NCBI GenBank assembly: GCA_964016885.1
Contig: OZ024740.1
Location: forward strand, 146,568,001 to 146,632,000
Length of the DNA: 64,000 bases
Direction: 5' to 3'
Origin: Eledone cirrhosa
Taxonomy: Eukaryota
Under the pieces are notes generated by a model. It was given only the letters and a program-made list of their open reading frames with translations, was not told the origin of the DNA and did not search any database. Position 1 is the stretch's first letter; the number at the start of each line of letters is the position of its first letter. The position numbers were made by a program, and so were the translations under genes. This document shows positions 13,501 through 26,044 of the stretch, piece by piece.

Positions 13501-14002
13501 GTATTGTATGTTTTAGATTAGTAAATGTATTTAGATGTGTAGAAATGTTATTTCTATAGTTATTTACTAATATTAGTAGATACTGTTTATATTTAAACAA
13601 TAACACGGGCATGATCTTGTGCAACTGGAGGTTTATGGGTTTGATGCTAGTGTGTGGCATCTTGAGCTGTCTTCTGCCATTTCCACAGGTAAACCAAAGC
13701 TTTGTGCATGAAATTTGGTACTCAGAAATTGTCTATCTGACACACACACACATACGTATAATCATCGTTTTAAAGTTGCTTTCCCTGCTAGCACGTGTTA
13801 TATAGACACATGCACACACACACACATATATATTAAGAAATGCACTAGCAGCCGAAGTATATGATACAGTTATATCTGTATAAATACAGAGTGCGTAACT
13901 GTGAATGCACCAATGTGTATAAATATATACACGTCTAATATGTAGGCATGTAAACATGCCAGAAAATACGAATGTCCCTGTAAATTAAAAATAAATGATA
14001 AA

Positions 14003-14048
14003 CATCTTTAATCGATTTTCGGATCTAATTGAACCTTCATCAGAATAC
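14003..14048 (-). ncRNA. Minimal type I hammerhead-like motif (Penelope/retrozyme style)
   Basis: Minus strand: GTATT-CTGATGA-A-GGTTC(AATTA)GATCC-GAA-AATCGATT(palindrome)-A-AAGAT. Stems I and II are imperfect. Confidence 0.5.
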
Positions 14049-14483
14049 GTGTATATCATCCAATCTACCACAATGAAACGTGTATATACCCATTAGCTCT
14101 TAGTATTATTCTGAAATAGATTTACTAATTTGCATATAATTAGCAACCGTGTTGATAATTAAAATATATAGCAAGAGGTGCGCTAGCATCCGACGTGTAT
14201 GATAAAGTTATACCTGGATAAATACAGAGTAAATCTTGTTGGCAAATGTCTCTCCAGTAATGTACTGGGTAATTGCTGGCCTTGTGCCTAAAAATAGAAA
14301 CAATTATTTACTTAAACACCAAATGTCACAGATGTTGATAGATAGGGAAATTATGTAACACAAACTAGAATTTATGGAAGTTAAATACAAGAGAAAAAGA
14401 TAATCACGTGTGCATGGTGGAACACAAAGAGAAGTTCAAATATAAAATCAAAATTAGAAAAATATAAATAAAGGAAACATCAG

Positions 14484-14539
14484 TAGATTATACATATTGA
14501 TTTCTCATTGCTAAATGAGAAATCAATATGTATAATCTA
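14484..14539. repeat. Perfect 26-bp hairpin with 4-nt loop
   Basis: TAGATTATACATATTGATTTCTCATT-GCTA-AATGAGAAATCAATATGTATAATCTA. Confidence 0.95.
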
Positions 14540-15531
14540 TATGTAAATGAAATATTTCCATTAAAACTAGAAACTCGAATATAACTATTGTTAATCTAGA
14601 AAATTGTTTGTGTGGTAACTGGCAGAAAAAAGACAGGAACAATTGTATTTAGGAGAATATTTCTCAATAATCAGAATAATTACTAGTTAAGGTTGCAATC
14701 AAATCATAAAATGTGTATCTTCGATTAGGCCCGAAATATGTATAATGCATACATATAACAATATATTAAAAAAAACCCAACAAACAAACAAAAAAATTCC
14801 ATGTTATATAAGGTTAAAAATGTCCTTGTACATGATTAATATATAATATTATTACTGTGCATTAATTTCTCCACAGATGTTATAAACGTAATATGGTCTA
14901 ATATATAAATGTAATATGGTCTAATATATAAACGTAATATGGTCTAATCAAAATGACATCCATTTAAATGAAAGCTATAATAGTAAACAAATAAATAAAA
15001 ACTGCTCGAATCATCGTAACTGTACGTTTCAATTTAGAGCAACATACTGATTCAATTTATGTTTAACTTAGAATATTACCAATTTCCTGCAAGTAAATGA
15101 GGGAGCCTCAATGCAGTCACTAGACTTGTCAAATAGTTGCCAAAACCACACCCCACTGTCTTAAAAAAGGAAGCACATTAAATAATATAATCACAGAAAG
15201 GGCTGGATTATCCAATAAGCAAAATAGGCACTTGCTTAGGGCATCAAGGAAAGAGAGGTATCATGGAGACTTATTTAAAAAAAAAATATATTTTTCATTT
15301 CCCCCTTTCTAAAAAAATTGCAGATTTCATATATAGTGGTTCGATAATGTGGTAAGTGTTTAGGGCCTCAAAAGGCCATAATCTGGTCCTGGTCCCAGAT
15401 ACCTCTAAAACAGCATGGTCATGGTTGGGATACTTTTGATCATATTTCTGCCCAATCAGGGCTGAATTGGGGCTGAACGATAATAACAATTACCAATTTC
15501 CTTCGTAAACTTTATATGTATAAGTCAATGA

Positions 15532-15760
15532 ATAACCCTTTCATCATCATATTTCTTATGAAAGACATCCCGTATAGTTTGGAGGTATTGAGTAATATAA
15601 TTTTCTCATTATTAAGTTATCATTTGGAATGTAGTTTAACAAAGGTTCTTGCCTAAAATTATGTTGGCGGCTTTTTAGATAAATATAAACACTTTAAAAC
15701 AAACAGTTTTGTATCGTAGAATCAACTGGTTTTAAGGCGGTTTGATGTCAAAAGGATTAA
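15532..15760. mobile_element. TTAA-type MITE, inverted relative of 10491-10680
   Basis: ATAACCCTTTCATCATC ... GTCAAAAGGATTAA termini. Confidence 0.55.
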
Positions 15761-16234
15761 ATTTAAAAGAGAGAAATTTACTGTTAAGAATTATTTCTCC
15801 TTTACCATGAAATTTATCTAGACTCTAGTTACCAGTTTCGAAAAATTACATTAACATATACAAACAATATGTACAGAAATCGTTTACGGTTACTCTCAAT
15901 AAAACCCTATCTTTAAGTGCTCTTGTTTTAATTATTCATTATACAAAATACGAAGTGATATTCTTCTCTAACGAACTGAAGTCATATATAGCATGAATTA
16001 TAGCACAAATATAAGATTTAATCGGTATTACTTGCAGGGCAGCTACTTTGCAGACATTCGACGGTTGAATTCTGAAATACAATGGAAACGCGGGTTTTGG
16101 AAGCTTGGTATACATTAAGAATATATCAAGGACTTGAAGCTGCCATGAGATTTTGATTAATATAAATGCTTTTGATTGATATGAATTAATCAGTTCTACA
16201 CCGAAGCCCAATTTACCATAAATGCTTCTTACGA

Positions 16235-17185
16235 TGGCAGGCGGACCCGGCTGTCAGTGGAGAATCCACCTCGTCATTCTATAGAGGGCTGGTGGTTAGC
16301 AGGTGCGACGACGCCCTCGGAGAAGCCCTAGGCATGGAGGAAGACGAACTGGACAACCTGTTCGGTAGGACATTCAGCCGGGACCCATGGATAACTTCCA
16401 GAGGTCCCTGGCCTGGTAGTGCTACCGAGGGGCTCTGCCCGTTAGAGAAAGGCTCTACAGACACGGGCCCGGGTAGGGACCCCTCGAAAAAGATCTGTCC
16501 CAGATGCGTGTGCGACGAGGAAACCGTTGCACACGCTTTGGTACACTGCTCGGGCATTGCCGATCTGTGGGGCTATGTCGAACAACTGCTGTCAAGGGTG
16601 GGACCGATCCGGTTGACCACCGAGTCTATTGTAACGATCAAGCCGCCTCCCCTCTTCAAAAACGAAGGAGAGGCGGTGTTTCTGTGCGTAATGGCCATGG
16701 CGAAAGAGGTTGTATGGTGGACGCGTCTGAAAGGACTGAGGTCAGACACCTTTCTCTCTGGCCAACAACTGGTCCGTTTCTTCCGATATCATTTCGGAAG
16801 AAGGATCAGGATGGAGAGAGAGGTGCTGCACCCCAGCCGTTTTTATGAAAGATGGGTGAAAGTGGCGAGAATGGCTCGTGTGAATGGACCTTCACTCTAC
16901 ATCAGACTATAGGTGAGGAAGATGAAAGACCAAGGGAGCATCCCTCTCTGTGCTCCTGAGGAGAAGGGTTGCACACTTTTTTTCGGGGGTGTGTGCGAAC
17001 CCCCAAGGCGCCTCCTCCCTAATGAGGATTTTGTTACAAAATTTATTTTGTTATATTTTATTTTATTTTTATACTTTTATATCTTGTTATTGCCTCCTCC
17101 ATATTGAGGACGCCTTTACATGTAAACTCCCCCCTTTGTACTTGTCCCACTTTTGATGCCCTGGTGGCAAATAAAAAGAAAGTTA
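16235..17185 (+). mobile_element. 5'-truncated Tx1-clade LINE (ORF2 C-terminus plus 3' UTR)
   Basis: ORF 16292-16912 is highly similar to 38334-39026 (CPRC..ETVAHALVHC zinc finger). Shared 3' UTR ending AATAAAAAGAAAG. Confidence 0.93.
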
Positions 17186-17354
17186 TCTCCTTATAATATA
17201 TAACCAGCAATTTCTCTGTCTGTCTGTCCGACAGTGGAAACACGTACGCGCGTGCGAATGTTTTTTGCGCACGCGTAGAGAGAGAGTGAGAGTGAAAGAA
17301 AGAGTACAAGAGGGGGATAGCGGGAGGGAGAGAGGGGGGGAATTGAGGAGTGCT

Positions 17355-17515
17355 ACAGAAACATATATACATTTCTGTGTGTGTGTAATATATATATATA
17401 TATACACACACAGAAATATATATATATACACACAGAAATATATATACATTTATGTGTGTGTAATATATATATATATATACACACACAGAAATATATATAC
17501 ATTTATGTGTGTGTA

Positions 17516-17546
<31 letters not shown>

Positions 17547-17640
17547 GAAATATATATATATTTCCGTGTGTGTATATATATATATATATATTACACACAC
17601 AGAAATGTATATATATATACACTCAGAAATATATATACAT
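17355..17640. repeat. TA/CA compound minisatellite
   Basis: Units CAGAAATATATATACATTTCTGTGTGTGTAA(TA)nCACA. Confidence 0.9.
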
Positions 17641-17890
17641 CCCTTAGCTACTGTACTGTATCTGTTGCTATCTCTCTCTCTCTCCAGCTATCCCTCTCTT
17701 TTAGTCTGTCTGTTTCTCTCACTCTCACTCTTTCTCTTTGTAACACACTAACATTCCTCCCCTCTATCGCTGTGACGAATGGGGAGATGGAGGAGGAGGA
17801 GGAGGAGGAGGAGGAGGAGAGAGTCACTTCGTCACTTCACCTCTGCCTTTCTTTCTCTCCCCTCTCACTCCCTCATTACGTACAGACATT

Positions 17891-18082
17891 AGGGCGGTGG
17901 ATTGGCAGAATCTGTAGAGAGTCGGACACCATGCTTCATAGCATGGAGTTACGTCCCTTTACGGTCTGAGTTCAAATACCGCCGAGGTTAACTTTGCCTT
18001 TCATCCTCACGGGGTCGATAAAATAAAGTACCAGTAATGTACTGAGTAATTGCTGGCCTTGTGCAAAAGTAGAAACAATTAT
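17891..18082 (+). mobile_element. tRNA-derived SINE (family A)
   Basis: GGATTGGCAGAATC..GAGTTCAAATACC..tail GGCCTTGTGC..AGTAGAAACAATTATT. Confidence 0.85.
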
Positions 18083-18199
18083 TAGAAACATTGCTTCATT
18101 TTTACATATCTAAGCATTAGTAAAATAACTAATAATTTCAAAAGTAATTTTTCAATTCCAATTGTTATGAACAGCAAAACATTAATAATAATTTTGTTC

Positions 18200-18448
18200 T
18201 AAGAAATATATATACATTTCTGTGTGTGTAATATATATATATATACACACACAGAAATATATATACATTTCTGTGTGTGTAATATATATATATACACACA
18301 GAAATATATATACATGTCTGTGTGTGTAATATATATATATATATACACACAGAGAAATATATATATATATACTCACAGAAATATATATACATTTCTGTGT
18401 GTGTAATATATATATACACACAGAAATATATATACATTTCTGTGTGTG

Positions 18449-18487
<39 letters not shown>

Positions 18488-18515
18488 GAAATATATATAC
18501 ATTTCTGTGTGTGTA

Positions 18516-18546
<31 letters not shown>

Positions 18547-18555
18547 GAAATATAT
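18200..18555. repeat. TA/CA compound minisatellite (same unit as 17355-17640)
   Basis: Direct reading. Confidence 0.9.
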
Positions 18556-18810
18556 GGGCATTTCTCTGTTTGTCTGTCTGTCTGTCTGTCCTTCCCTAAA
18601 ACTCAAATGTAGGTGCTACAGAAATATTAGCTTCCCCTTCCTTTCTCCACTTTGGTACTACCAAGAGAAACACTGTCGCTATAGAAACATTACCTTCCCC
18701 TCTCCACTGACTTTGGTCACTGAGGCCGAGGGAATCGCTGGTTGCTATAGAGACACCTTGCACAAGCCAGAAGTAACCAGTTCGAGGCGGTTCTGACTTG
18801 ACACCATGCC

Positions 18811-19006
18811 AAGGACCATTTGAAGAAGGTTGCCATTGAATTTGTGGTTTGAAGAAGGTTGCCATTGAATTTGTGGTTGTTGCTGCTGATAATAAGGACC
18901 ATTTGAAGAAGGTTGCCATTGAATTTGTGGTTTGAAGAAGGTTGCCATTGAATTTGTGGTTGTTGCTGCTGATAATAAGGACCATTTGAAGAAGGTTGCT
19001 GCTGAT
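18811..19006. repeat. 83-bp tandem repeat (~2.3 copies) with internal 29-bp duplication
   Basis: AAGGACCATTTG recurs at 18811, 18894 and 18977. Confidence 0.92.
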
Positions 19007-19371
19007 GAGGTAATTTATTAATCAGATTGCGCAGTTCCATAACCTACGTTTGATTTGTTCAATTTTTTCTTCAAATTTTTTTTAAAAAATTTCTTATTGA
19101 AAAAATATAAATAATAAAATAAGGTTAGAAATTTAAATACAATTAAATACGATTTAATTTCCATTTCCAGCAACCAATGTCCAGTGTTCAATTTCATGAA
19201 AAAATTGGAAATAATTCAAAAAATTGAAGTTTAACTTTTGAACATTTGTTTTGACAATAAAAAAATATTTCCTTATTCACACCTAATGGTATGATTAAAA
19301 TTTCATAGGAATATTTTTTTCTAACCGCCAATTATTTAAATATTATTAAAAATAAATAAAAAAAAAAAAAA

Positions 19372-20144
19372 ATGGAAGATTTTGTGGATTTTTTTACCAC
19401 CTTCCAAGCCTTAAACACTAATTCTCGCGAATTTGTGTTTTGTAACGACCCTCAGGACGCTGCTATTGTTGATTCCAATAGTGCCTGGTATTCGAATATG
19501 TTAGTATACAATTTTTTGAATAAAATTAAGGCGCAATTAGAGCTGCCAAACAAAATTTTTTTCGGCTTCGGCCCATATTATTTTGGGCTAATGAGTCTGC
19601 CTCTGTTGGCGTTATTTGCGACAGTCACCATTTCTTGACTTTCAAGTTTGGTTATGCAGACTCATTACCTGTGCTTGAGCTGGCAGATTCGGGTCTTCAC
19701 TTAAAAATTTTTGACTTTTTTGATCGGATTAAATATTACCTTGATGATGGACACAGGGCTACAGTGAAAAAAATTGGAATTATGAATGGATTCAAAACTT
19801 TTTCCTTGACCCAAAATTTCGTTTTTAGGTTCAGGGTTCTAAATGTGCAGCAGCAGACTAATGGAACTGATTGTGGTCTTTTTGCAATTTTATATTCTTT
19901 GATATGGGTTCTAAATCCTAATCCCACAAATTTTGAGTTTTCCACTCAGAATCAAATTAATCTGCTCAGAAAATTTTGGAGTCTAATTTTTTAAATCGCA
20001 GGGAAGTTGTGAATCCCATTTTATATGAGAATGTTTTTGTTTTCGACCCTATTAGAAAAACTCTTTCTAATTTAAATCAACTAGGTCTGGCTGCACACCT
20101 ATCTGACCCCTTGATGATAAATCATTATGGAAAATCATTATGGA
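19372..20144 (+). pseudogene. Ulp1/C48-like cysteine protease domain upstream of RepHel, frameshifted
   Basis: WYSNMLVYNFL, then VGVICDSHHFLT..YADSL..VQQQTNGTDCGLFAI, giving the His-Asp-(Gln)-Cys order of CE-clan proteases. Confidence 0.72.
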
Positions 20145-23100
20145 AAAACCTCAACCTTTCTGTCCAACCCGGTTTTAGCTCAAATCCCAACTATAAAAGG
20201 CAATAAAAAGCCAATTATAATTGAGGAAGATCAAAAAAGTCCAAAAATAACCCAAACTGGAAACGAATTGCCTGGAATCACTGCAGACGTATTGCCAGCT
20301 GCGGTAGTTTCGCCTCCAGCAGATAAAACTTTGCCGCCTGCAAAACCGACAGAAGATTCCAAACGCAAGCCCAAATATTTTTTGGATCCAGTTTTGGTTG
20401 CTGAGTATATGGCTCAGCATAAGTGCACCGAAGCCTCTGTGAAAACAGCTTTACGCAGAAAAGCTCAAAAGGCCTCTGAAACCGAGTCGCAAAGAAATAA
20501 GCGACTTGAAAAGCAGCGAAAAGATATGCAGCGTTCTAGGGGTCAGGAGTCTAAGGACTCAAAAGGCATAAGGAAGGAAAAAGACCGTGAGCATAAAGAT
20601 GCTACTCGGCAATCTGAGACTACCGAAGAACGGGAAATCAGATTGAACAAGGACAAAGTTGGGCACTCTGAGGCCTATTACAATAGGACCTTCAAAAAGG
20701 ACCCAAAATACTTCCGTATTGCTTTTAAGCCCATAGATGAGGTGGATTTCGACTCGGAGATAATCCACCTCAAATATAAGGACAATCCGTGTGAGCATTG
20801 CGGGGCGTACAAATTGCCCTTAGAGCCACCTGGATTGTGTTGCATGAATGGCAAGGTTAAGCTCCCTGAATTTGAACGCCCAGGGGAGGAAATCGCCAGT
20901 TTATATGAGGGTAATGACGAATATGCAAAAATGTTCGCTAAATTCTCAAGGTGTCTTAACACAGGATTTGCCTTCAGTAATATGCACTGTACTGAGCTTC
21001 CAATCGGTGAAGTGAAGCCGAGTATGAAAATTCATGGGTTTTCGTATCAAACGATGGTCCCACTTGAGCCGCAAGCAGGCCAAAGACCTAGATATGCGCA
21101 GGTGCACATCTTTGATAAGGAGACCCAAAAACTCGAGAGGGAAAAATTTGAGTTCGAGCCTCGGTACCGTGCAATTCTGAACTATATCCAGGCTAAGTTC
21201 AATGATTTCATCCCGGATGAGAATATTCTATCAAGAACTTTCAAAACGGGATACGAAATGCTCGAACAGATGCCCGAATATAGGCTGGTGTTAGGGGATT
21301 GTCTGCCTGCCAATAAAACTCATCTCCTCCCTACGGTGTCTGAAATAGCGGGGCTCTACCAAGAGAAGGATATTAAGGAACTTGGGAGGGTCATTTTAGT
21401 GAGAAAACGGGCAGGCAAAGAAGGATACGTCCGTGTTGACTTCCTAAGCCCGTTTTATGAACCCCTGGGCTATCCCCTTATTTTCAATTATGGCCAGAAT
21501 GGGGGGAGCCGTTGGAACCCGAAAACAGAAACTGGTCATAAAGAAACTTTGTTGCAGTATATCAAGTACTAGTTAATGGTCCGGGACAATTTTTTCAACC
21601 CTCTTATATTGAGCGGTAATCTGTTGCACCAGTATGCGATAGACATGAAAATGCGTCTGGATTACATTAATTTCCAGTTTCAGGTTAAGCATCAGCAAAG
21701 GATTAAGGGGTCATATAGGTTTGAATCGGTCGACACTCTAAAGGATTGTGAACATCCTGCAGAGGTTGGAGTCGGCGTCGTCCTGTTCGAATCGACTCCT
21801 GGGACTCCAAAGTGGTACAAAAAATTGTACCGAGATTCAATGGTCAGAGAATTTGGATGTCCAGACCTTTTTGTGACCATGACCTCCAATCCTAAACTGC
21901 CTGAAATAGAAGAATTATCTCGCAATAATAAAGATGAAACTGCAAAATTTAGGCCTGATCTAATTTGCAGGAGTTTCATGGAACGTGTGAGGCTTCTTTT
22001 TGATGTGAAAATCAAAAAGAGAGGTATTTTTGGTAAATGTGTTGCATACACTTACAAAATAGAATTTCAGAAAAGAGGCCTCCCACATGTCCACGCTTTA
22101 ATTTGGTTGGCCGAGGCCGATAAGATTTCATCCACGGAGGATGTTGATAGTCTCATTAGCGCTGAAATCCCGACAGGGGATACCAAAAATCAGAAGCTGG
22201 CCTATAATTTTGTGATTACAAAAATGATCCACGGTCCTTGCGGTGTTTTTAATCCCCGGTGTCCTTGTATGAAGCAGTGTAAAAAGTCCCCAAACGGAAC
22301 TTCTTGCTCTAAGATGTTTCCGAAGGACTATAACAATGCGACCAATTTTAACGAGGCTAACTACTCTAAATACAGGCGTAGAACGCCTGATAATAATGGT
22401 GGACAGGGGGAAATTCATCAGAAAGGTAAAAAAAAGTAAAAAAAAAGGTAAAAAAAAAGCAGGGATGTTGTTCCACACAATCTTTTTCTTGGGATCATAT
22501 TTCAGTGCCACATTAACGTAGAGGTGGTGGCCGGGGTCACTATATTTCAATATATTTTTAAATATATACTAAAAGGTGCCGACCACATCATCTATGAGGT
22601 GGAAAAGGTCTGTGATGACCAGGGGAACCCTGTAGATGACCAGGAAAAGGACGAGGTTAGAATATACCTTAACGGTAGGTATATGTCCAGCGTTGAGGCG
22701 ATGTGGTGGTTACTCTGCCTGGCCCAATACGGAATGTACCCCTCGATCCTAAAGCTGGATATCCACCTCGAAGGGAAACAAAAAGTTTTTTATGACCCCA
22801 AGTTAGCTAAACCCGATTCAAAAACCCTGGAAAAACTATCCAAGACGAAATTGACCGAATTTTTCACTCTCAATCGAGAAGATGAAAAGGCCAACAATTT
22901 TTTGTATTTGGATATTCCGAAATTTTACGTCTGGATGGTCCAAGAAAGGTTTTGGAAGCGTCGAGTACAGGGCGAGAATGATCCTGAGTTCGGCATGCTC
23001 AGGGGTGATCAGATATCCTGCATGCCGAACATTTTACCAAACTCAGGTGGTAATCAGGAAACCTTCGCCCTCTACCTTTTGCTTTTAAAAACAAAAGGTC

Positions 23101-24949
23101 CCAAGTGCTACACCGATTTCAGAACAGTAGGCGATCAAGTTTTTCCAACCTTCAACGAGGCAGCAGTATTCCGCAAGCTCATGGAGGCGGACAACGAAAT
23201 CAGTTTAGTATTGCATGATGCTCAGATTTCGATGAGCCCTCGCATGATGCGGAGGATGTTCGCAATGCTTATCCACCTTTGGAAGCCGACTGACGCCCTG
23301 TCACTGTGGAATGACCACAAAGACTGGATGTCACATGATTTAGCCCGAGCAGACCCCACTGCTGATGTGGATATCATACACAATAGGGCATTGCACCAGG
23401 TTTACGCTTAACTGCTAAATTACGGCACCAAAATGGATACTTGCAACCTTCTAAGGCCAATCGAGGAGGTTAGAGTGCCCGAGAATCAGAACATTGGGAT
23501 TTCTTATGAGAGCACAGCAAGCTCGGAGTCCATTTTGGAGGTTGAAAACTCCCTGAATGCTGATCAGCGGGCGCTCTATGACTCCCTATTGGAATCGGTG
23601 AGGCAGAATTCGGGAAAAAACCTTTTCGTGGACGCACCCGGGGGAACTGGCAAGACTTATCTTATCAATGCGATAGTAGAAAAGGTTGCCAATGAGGGTT
23701 ACAAGGTGACTGCTTGCGCCTCATCTGGCATTGCGGCACTATTGCTTAAAGGCGGCACAACCTTGCACTCAAGGATGAAGTTGTCTTTGAATCCGCAAGA
23801 TAAAACAGCGATTAGTATCCAGACGGGATCAAAACTCGCAAAGGAACTTGCGAAACTTGACCTGATTATTTGGGATGAGGCCTCCATGTTCAGTAGGGAC
23901 CTGATGGAGTTTTTGGATAAAACTCTAAGATTCGTCCGCGGAGGGGTGGAACCATCCAAGAAAACCTTCGGAGGTGTCACCATGCTACTCTCCGGCGATT
24001 GGCGACAAGTTCTCCCAGTTGTTCCTAATGGAGAGCGACCACAAATTGTCGCTTCTACTTTAAAAAATCACCCATCGTGGGATACTTTCAACATTTTCAA
24101 GTTGAATACAAACATGAGGGTCAACGGGGTCGATCAGGCTTCCATTGATTTTAAAGCCCTCCTTTTGAGGATTGGGGATGGTGTCGCCAATCGCAGACAG
24201 GACAATCGGAGGACCCACGACTTTGAAGTTCCCCCTCAGTTTCTCATGACAGGTGACCCATTGATAGATAGGATATACCCTAATGTGTCAACTAGGTTGA
24301 GCGAGAATGATTATGCGAATTGGGTGACCGATCGCGCAATCATTACTCCCACGCATAAGGATGTAGACGAGATCAATCAAAAAGTCCTTGACAGATTGCT
24401 CGGTAGGGAAATAGTAATCCCTTCGTTTGATCGTAACCACGAGCAAACAGACCGAAAGCATCATGTTTCAGTGGACACTTTGAACTCGATAGTTTTTCCT
24501 GGAATGCCGGATCACCTTTTGAAACTGAAGATAGGTGCTCCGGTTATTCTGCTCAGAAACATATGTCCCGCCGAGGGACATTGCAACGGTACTCAATACG
24601 TTGTAAAAAATATCCACCCACGAATACTCGAACTCGAAGTAGCGGTGGGCCCTCGGAAGGGACAATTGTTTCATTTGCCTAGAATTGAGCTTCATAGCGA
24701 AGAAGGGAAGGTTCCATTCGATTTTTACCGGAAACAGTTTCCTGTTAAAATATCGTTTGCGATGACCTCCAACAAGGGCAGACCATTACCCATGTTGGTA
24801 TAAGCTGCCTGAATGAGTTCTTTTCGCATGGCCAGTTCTATGTTGCAATAAGCAGGGTAACAAATCTGGCAAATGTTACGATTTTAGTTCCCGAAAACCA
24901 GAATGGTGTAGTAAAAAATGTTGTCTTTCCTGAGGTTTTTAGGAACTAA
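20127..24949 (+). pseudogene. Helitron RepHel (HUH Rep plus Pif1-family helicase)
   Basis: Zn finger CEHC..CC; PDLFVTMT; EFQKRGLPHVH (HUH); YIFKYILKG; DAPGGTGKT; IIWDEASM; GDWRQVLPV; FSHGQFYVAISRV. One frame with stops at 21570, 22437, 22449 and 23409, a frameshift at ~24777, and a terminal TAA at 24947-24949. Confidence 0.96.
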
Positions 24950-24969
24950 AGTGTAACAATGTATTCATC

Positions 24970-25091
24970 GTTTATGCCAAACTGATGAGTCCTAAAAAGG
25001 ACGAAATACCTTATTTTTTAAAAAACGAAATCGAGGAGAAACAACCTTTCTAATTCTGATTTTGTTAAAAATTGAGGTATCTTTGGCTAAC
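24970..25091 (+). ncRNA. Type I hammerhead ribozyme in the Helitron 3' UTR
   Basis: Stem I GCCAAA/TTTGGC; core CTGATGA (24982-24988); stem II GTCCT-AAAA-AGGAC; GAAA; stem III TACCTTA/TGAGGTA; cleavage triplet ATC ending at 25081. Confidence 0.88.
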
Positions 25092-26016
25092 AAAATTAAA
25101 TTCTAATTAAAATATTAATAGGAAAAAAATTCAAACAAAGTGCTGATTGACTCGCTTGGTAATTGACTCTGTTGATAATTGGCTCTCTTGATAACTCTCT
25201 TGATGCTTCTCATCTCTTGGTAATTTAAAAATATTAATTAAAAATAATAATTATTCAACAAATTATTATATAAGCTTTATAAAAAAATAGATATACAAAA
25301 CTGAGATACAAAAATAGATATACATATCTGTCTGTCTGTGTCTGTGATGCAGCAACTTTTGATCCGCAAAGCCGATTTTCAATTTTTTTTTTGTAATCAA
25401 CCATAAATTTATCAGGGCAGGTCGGCACAATATTGCGAATAATTGACAACCGCTTTTTTTAGGTAAAAAATCGATAAAACTGACAATGGGTCAAACTTTG
25501 TACAGGTTTCTTCCAATCTCTCACTACAGGCTGTGTGTGTCGACATCTGTTTTTAATGATGGTTCATATATCCTATTTCTTTGAAATGATGGTTCATATA
25601 TCCTATTTCTTTAACATTTTTTTACAGAGCTTCTTCTAGCATAAGACCTGTAATTGAGCGGCACAGGTTTTCAAAAATCGATATTGCGGCCTTTGGAGAT
25701 ATATCAAAATTTGGATTATTTTTGCCAATGTTCGTGATTAAGTATGACAAGAGTTATCTTTCTCCGCGACCAGCGTCTCCGTTTTCGAACGCTGGTTTAC
25801 ACACACATACATTAAAAGTTATTTAAGTTTAAGCCATCACGCGCTTTTAATGTTGTAAAAAAAATGTTTACCGGATAACGGATAACACCGAGCTCACATA
25901 TTAATTATTTCGCTGGAATAGTGCCTAAAGTTTTCATGTTTACATAAAGTACGTATTTCTTCTATGTATTCAAATTTACTTTGTTTACTTTAATGAGCTA
26001 CATGGAAAGCTACTTC

Positions 26017-26044
26017 ACCCGTCCAAAGGACGGGTACTAGATAG
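26017..26044 (+). terminator. Helitron 3' terminal hairpin and end motif
   Basis: 8-bp GC-rich stem, then CTAG (26037-26040) / ATAG (26041-26044). Confidence 0.8.

Larger units (their letters stand above)
17186..26044 (+). mobile_element. Near-intact autonomous-type Helitron
   Basis: A|TC 5' end with (CTGT)n subterminal tract at 17186. A second similar tract at ~18551-18590 makes the exact 5' end uncertain. RepHel ORF present. 3' hairpin ACCCGTCC-AAA-GGACGGGT followed by ACTAGATAG. Confidence 0.85.

Noticed and set aside
17891-17985. tRNA gene
   Set aside because: A/B boxes run into a shared SINE body and tail with no complete cloverleaf; the same holds for all SINE heads.
17058-18606. Many ORFs rich in YI/CV/HT
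   Set aside because: Translations of TA/CA micro- and minisatellites; the same applies near 2.6, 30, 31.5, 40, 48.6, 55.5 and 57.3 kb.
18596-19040. Gln-rich repeat proteins on the minus strand
   Set aside because: Translations of the 83-bp tandem repeat, open in all three frames; no sign of a real gene.
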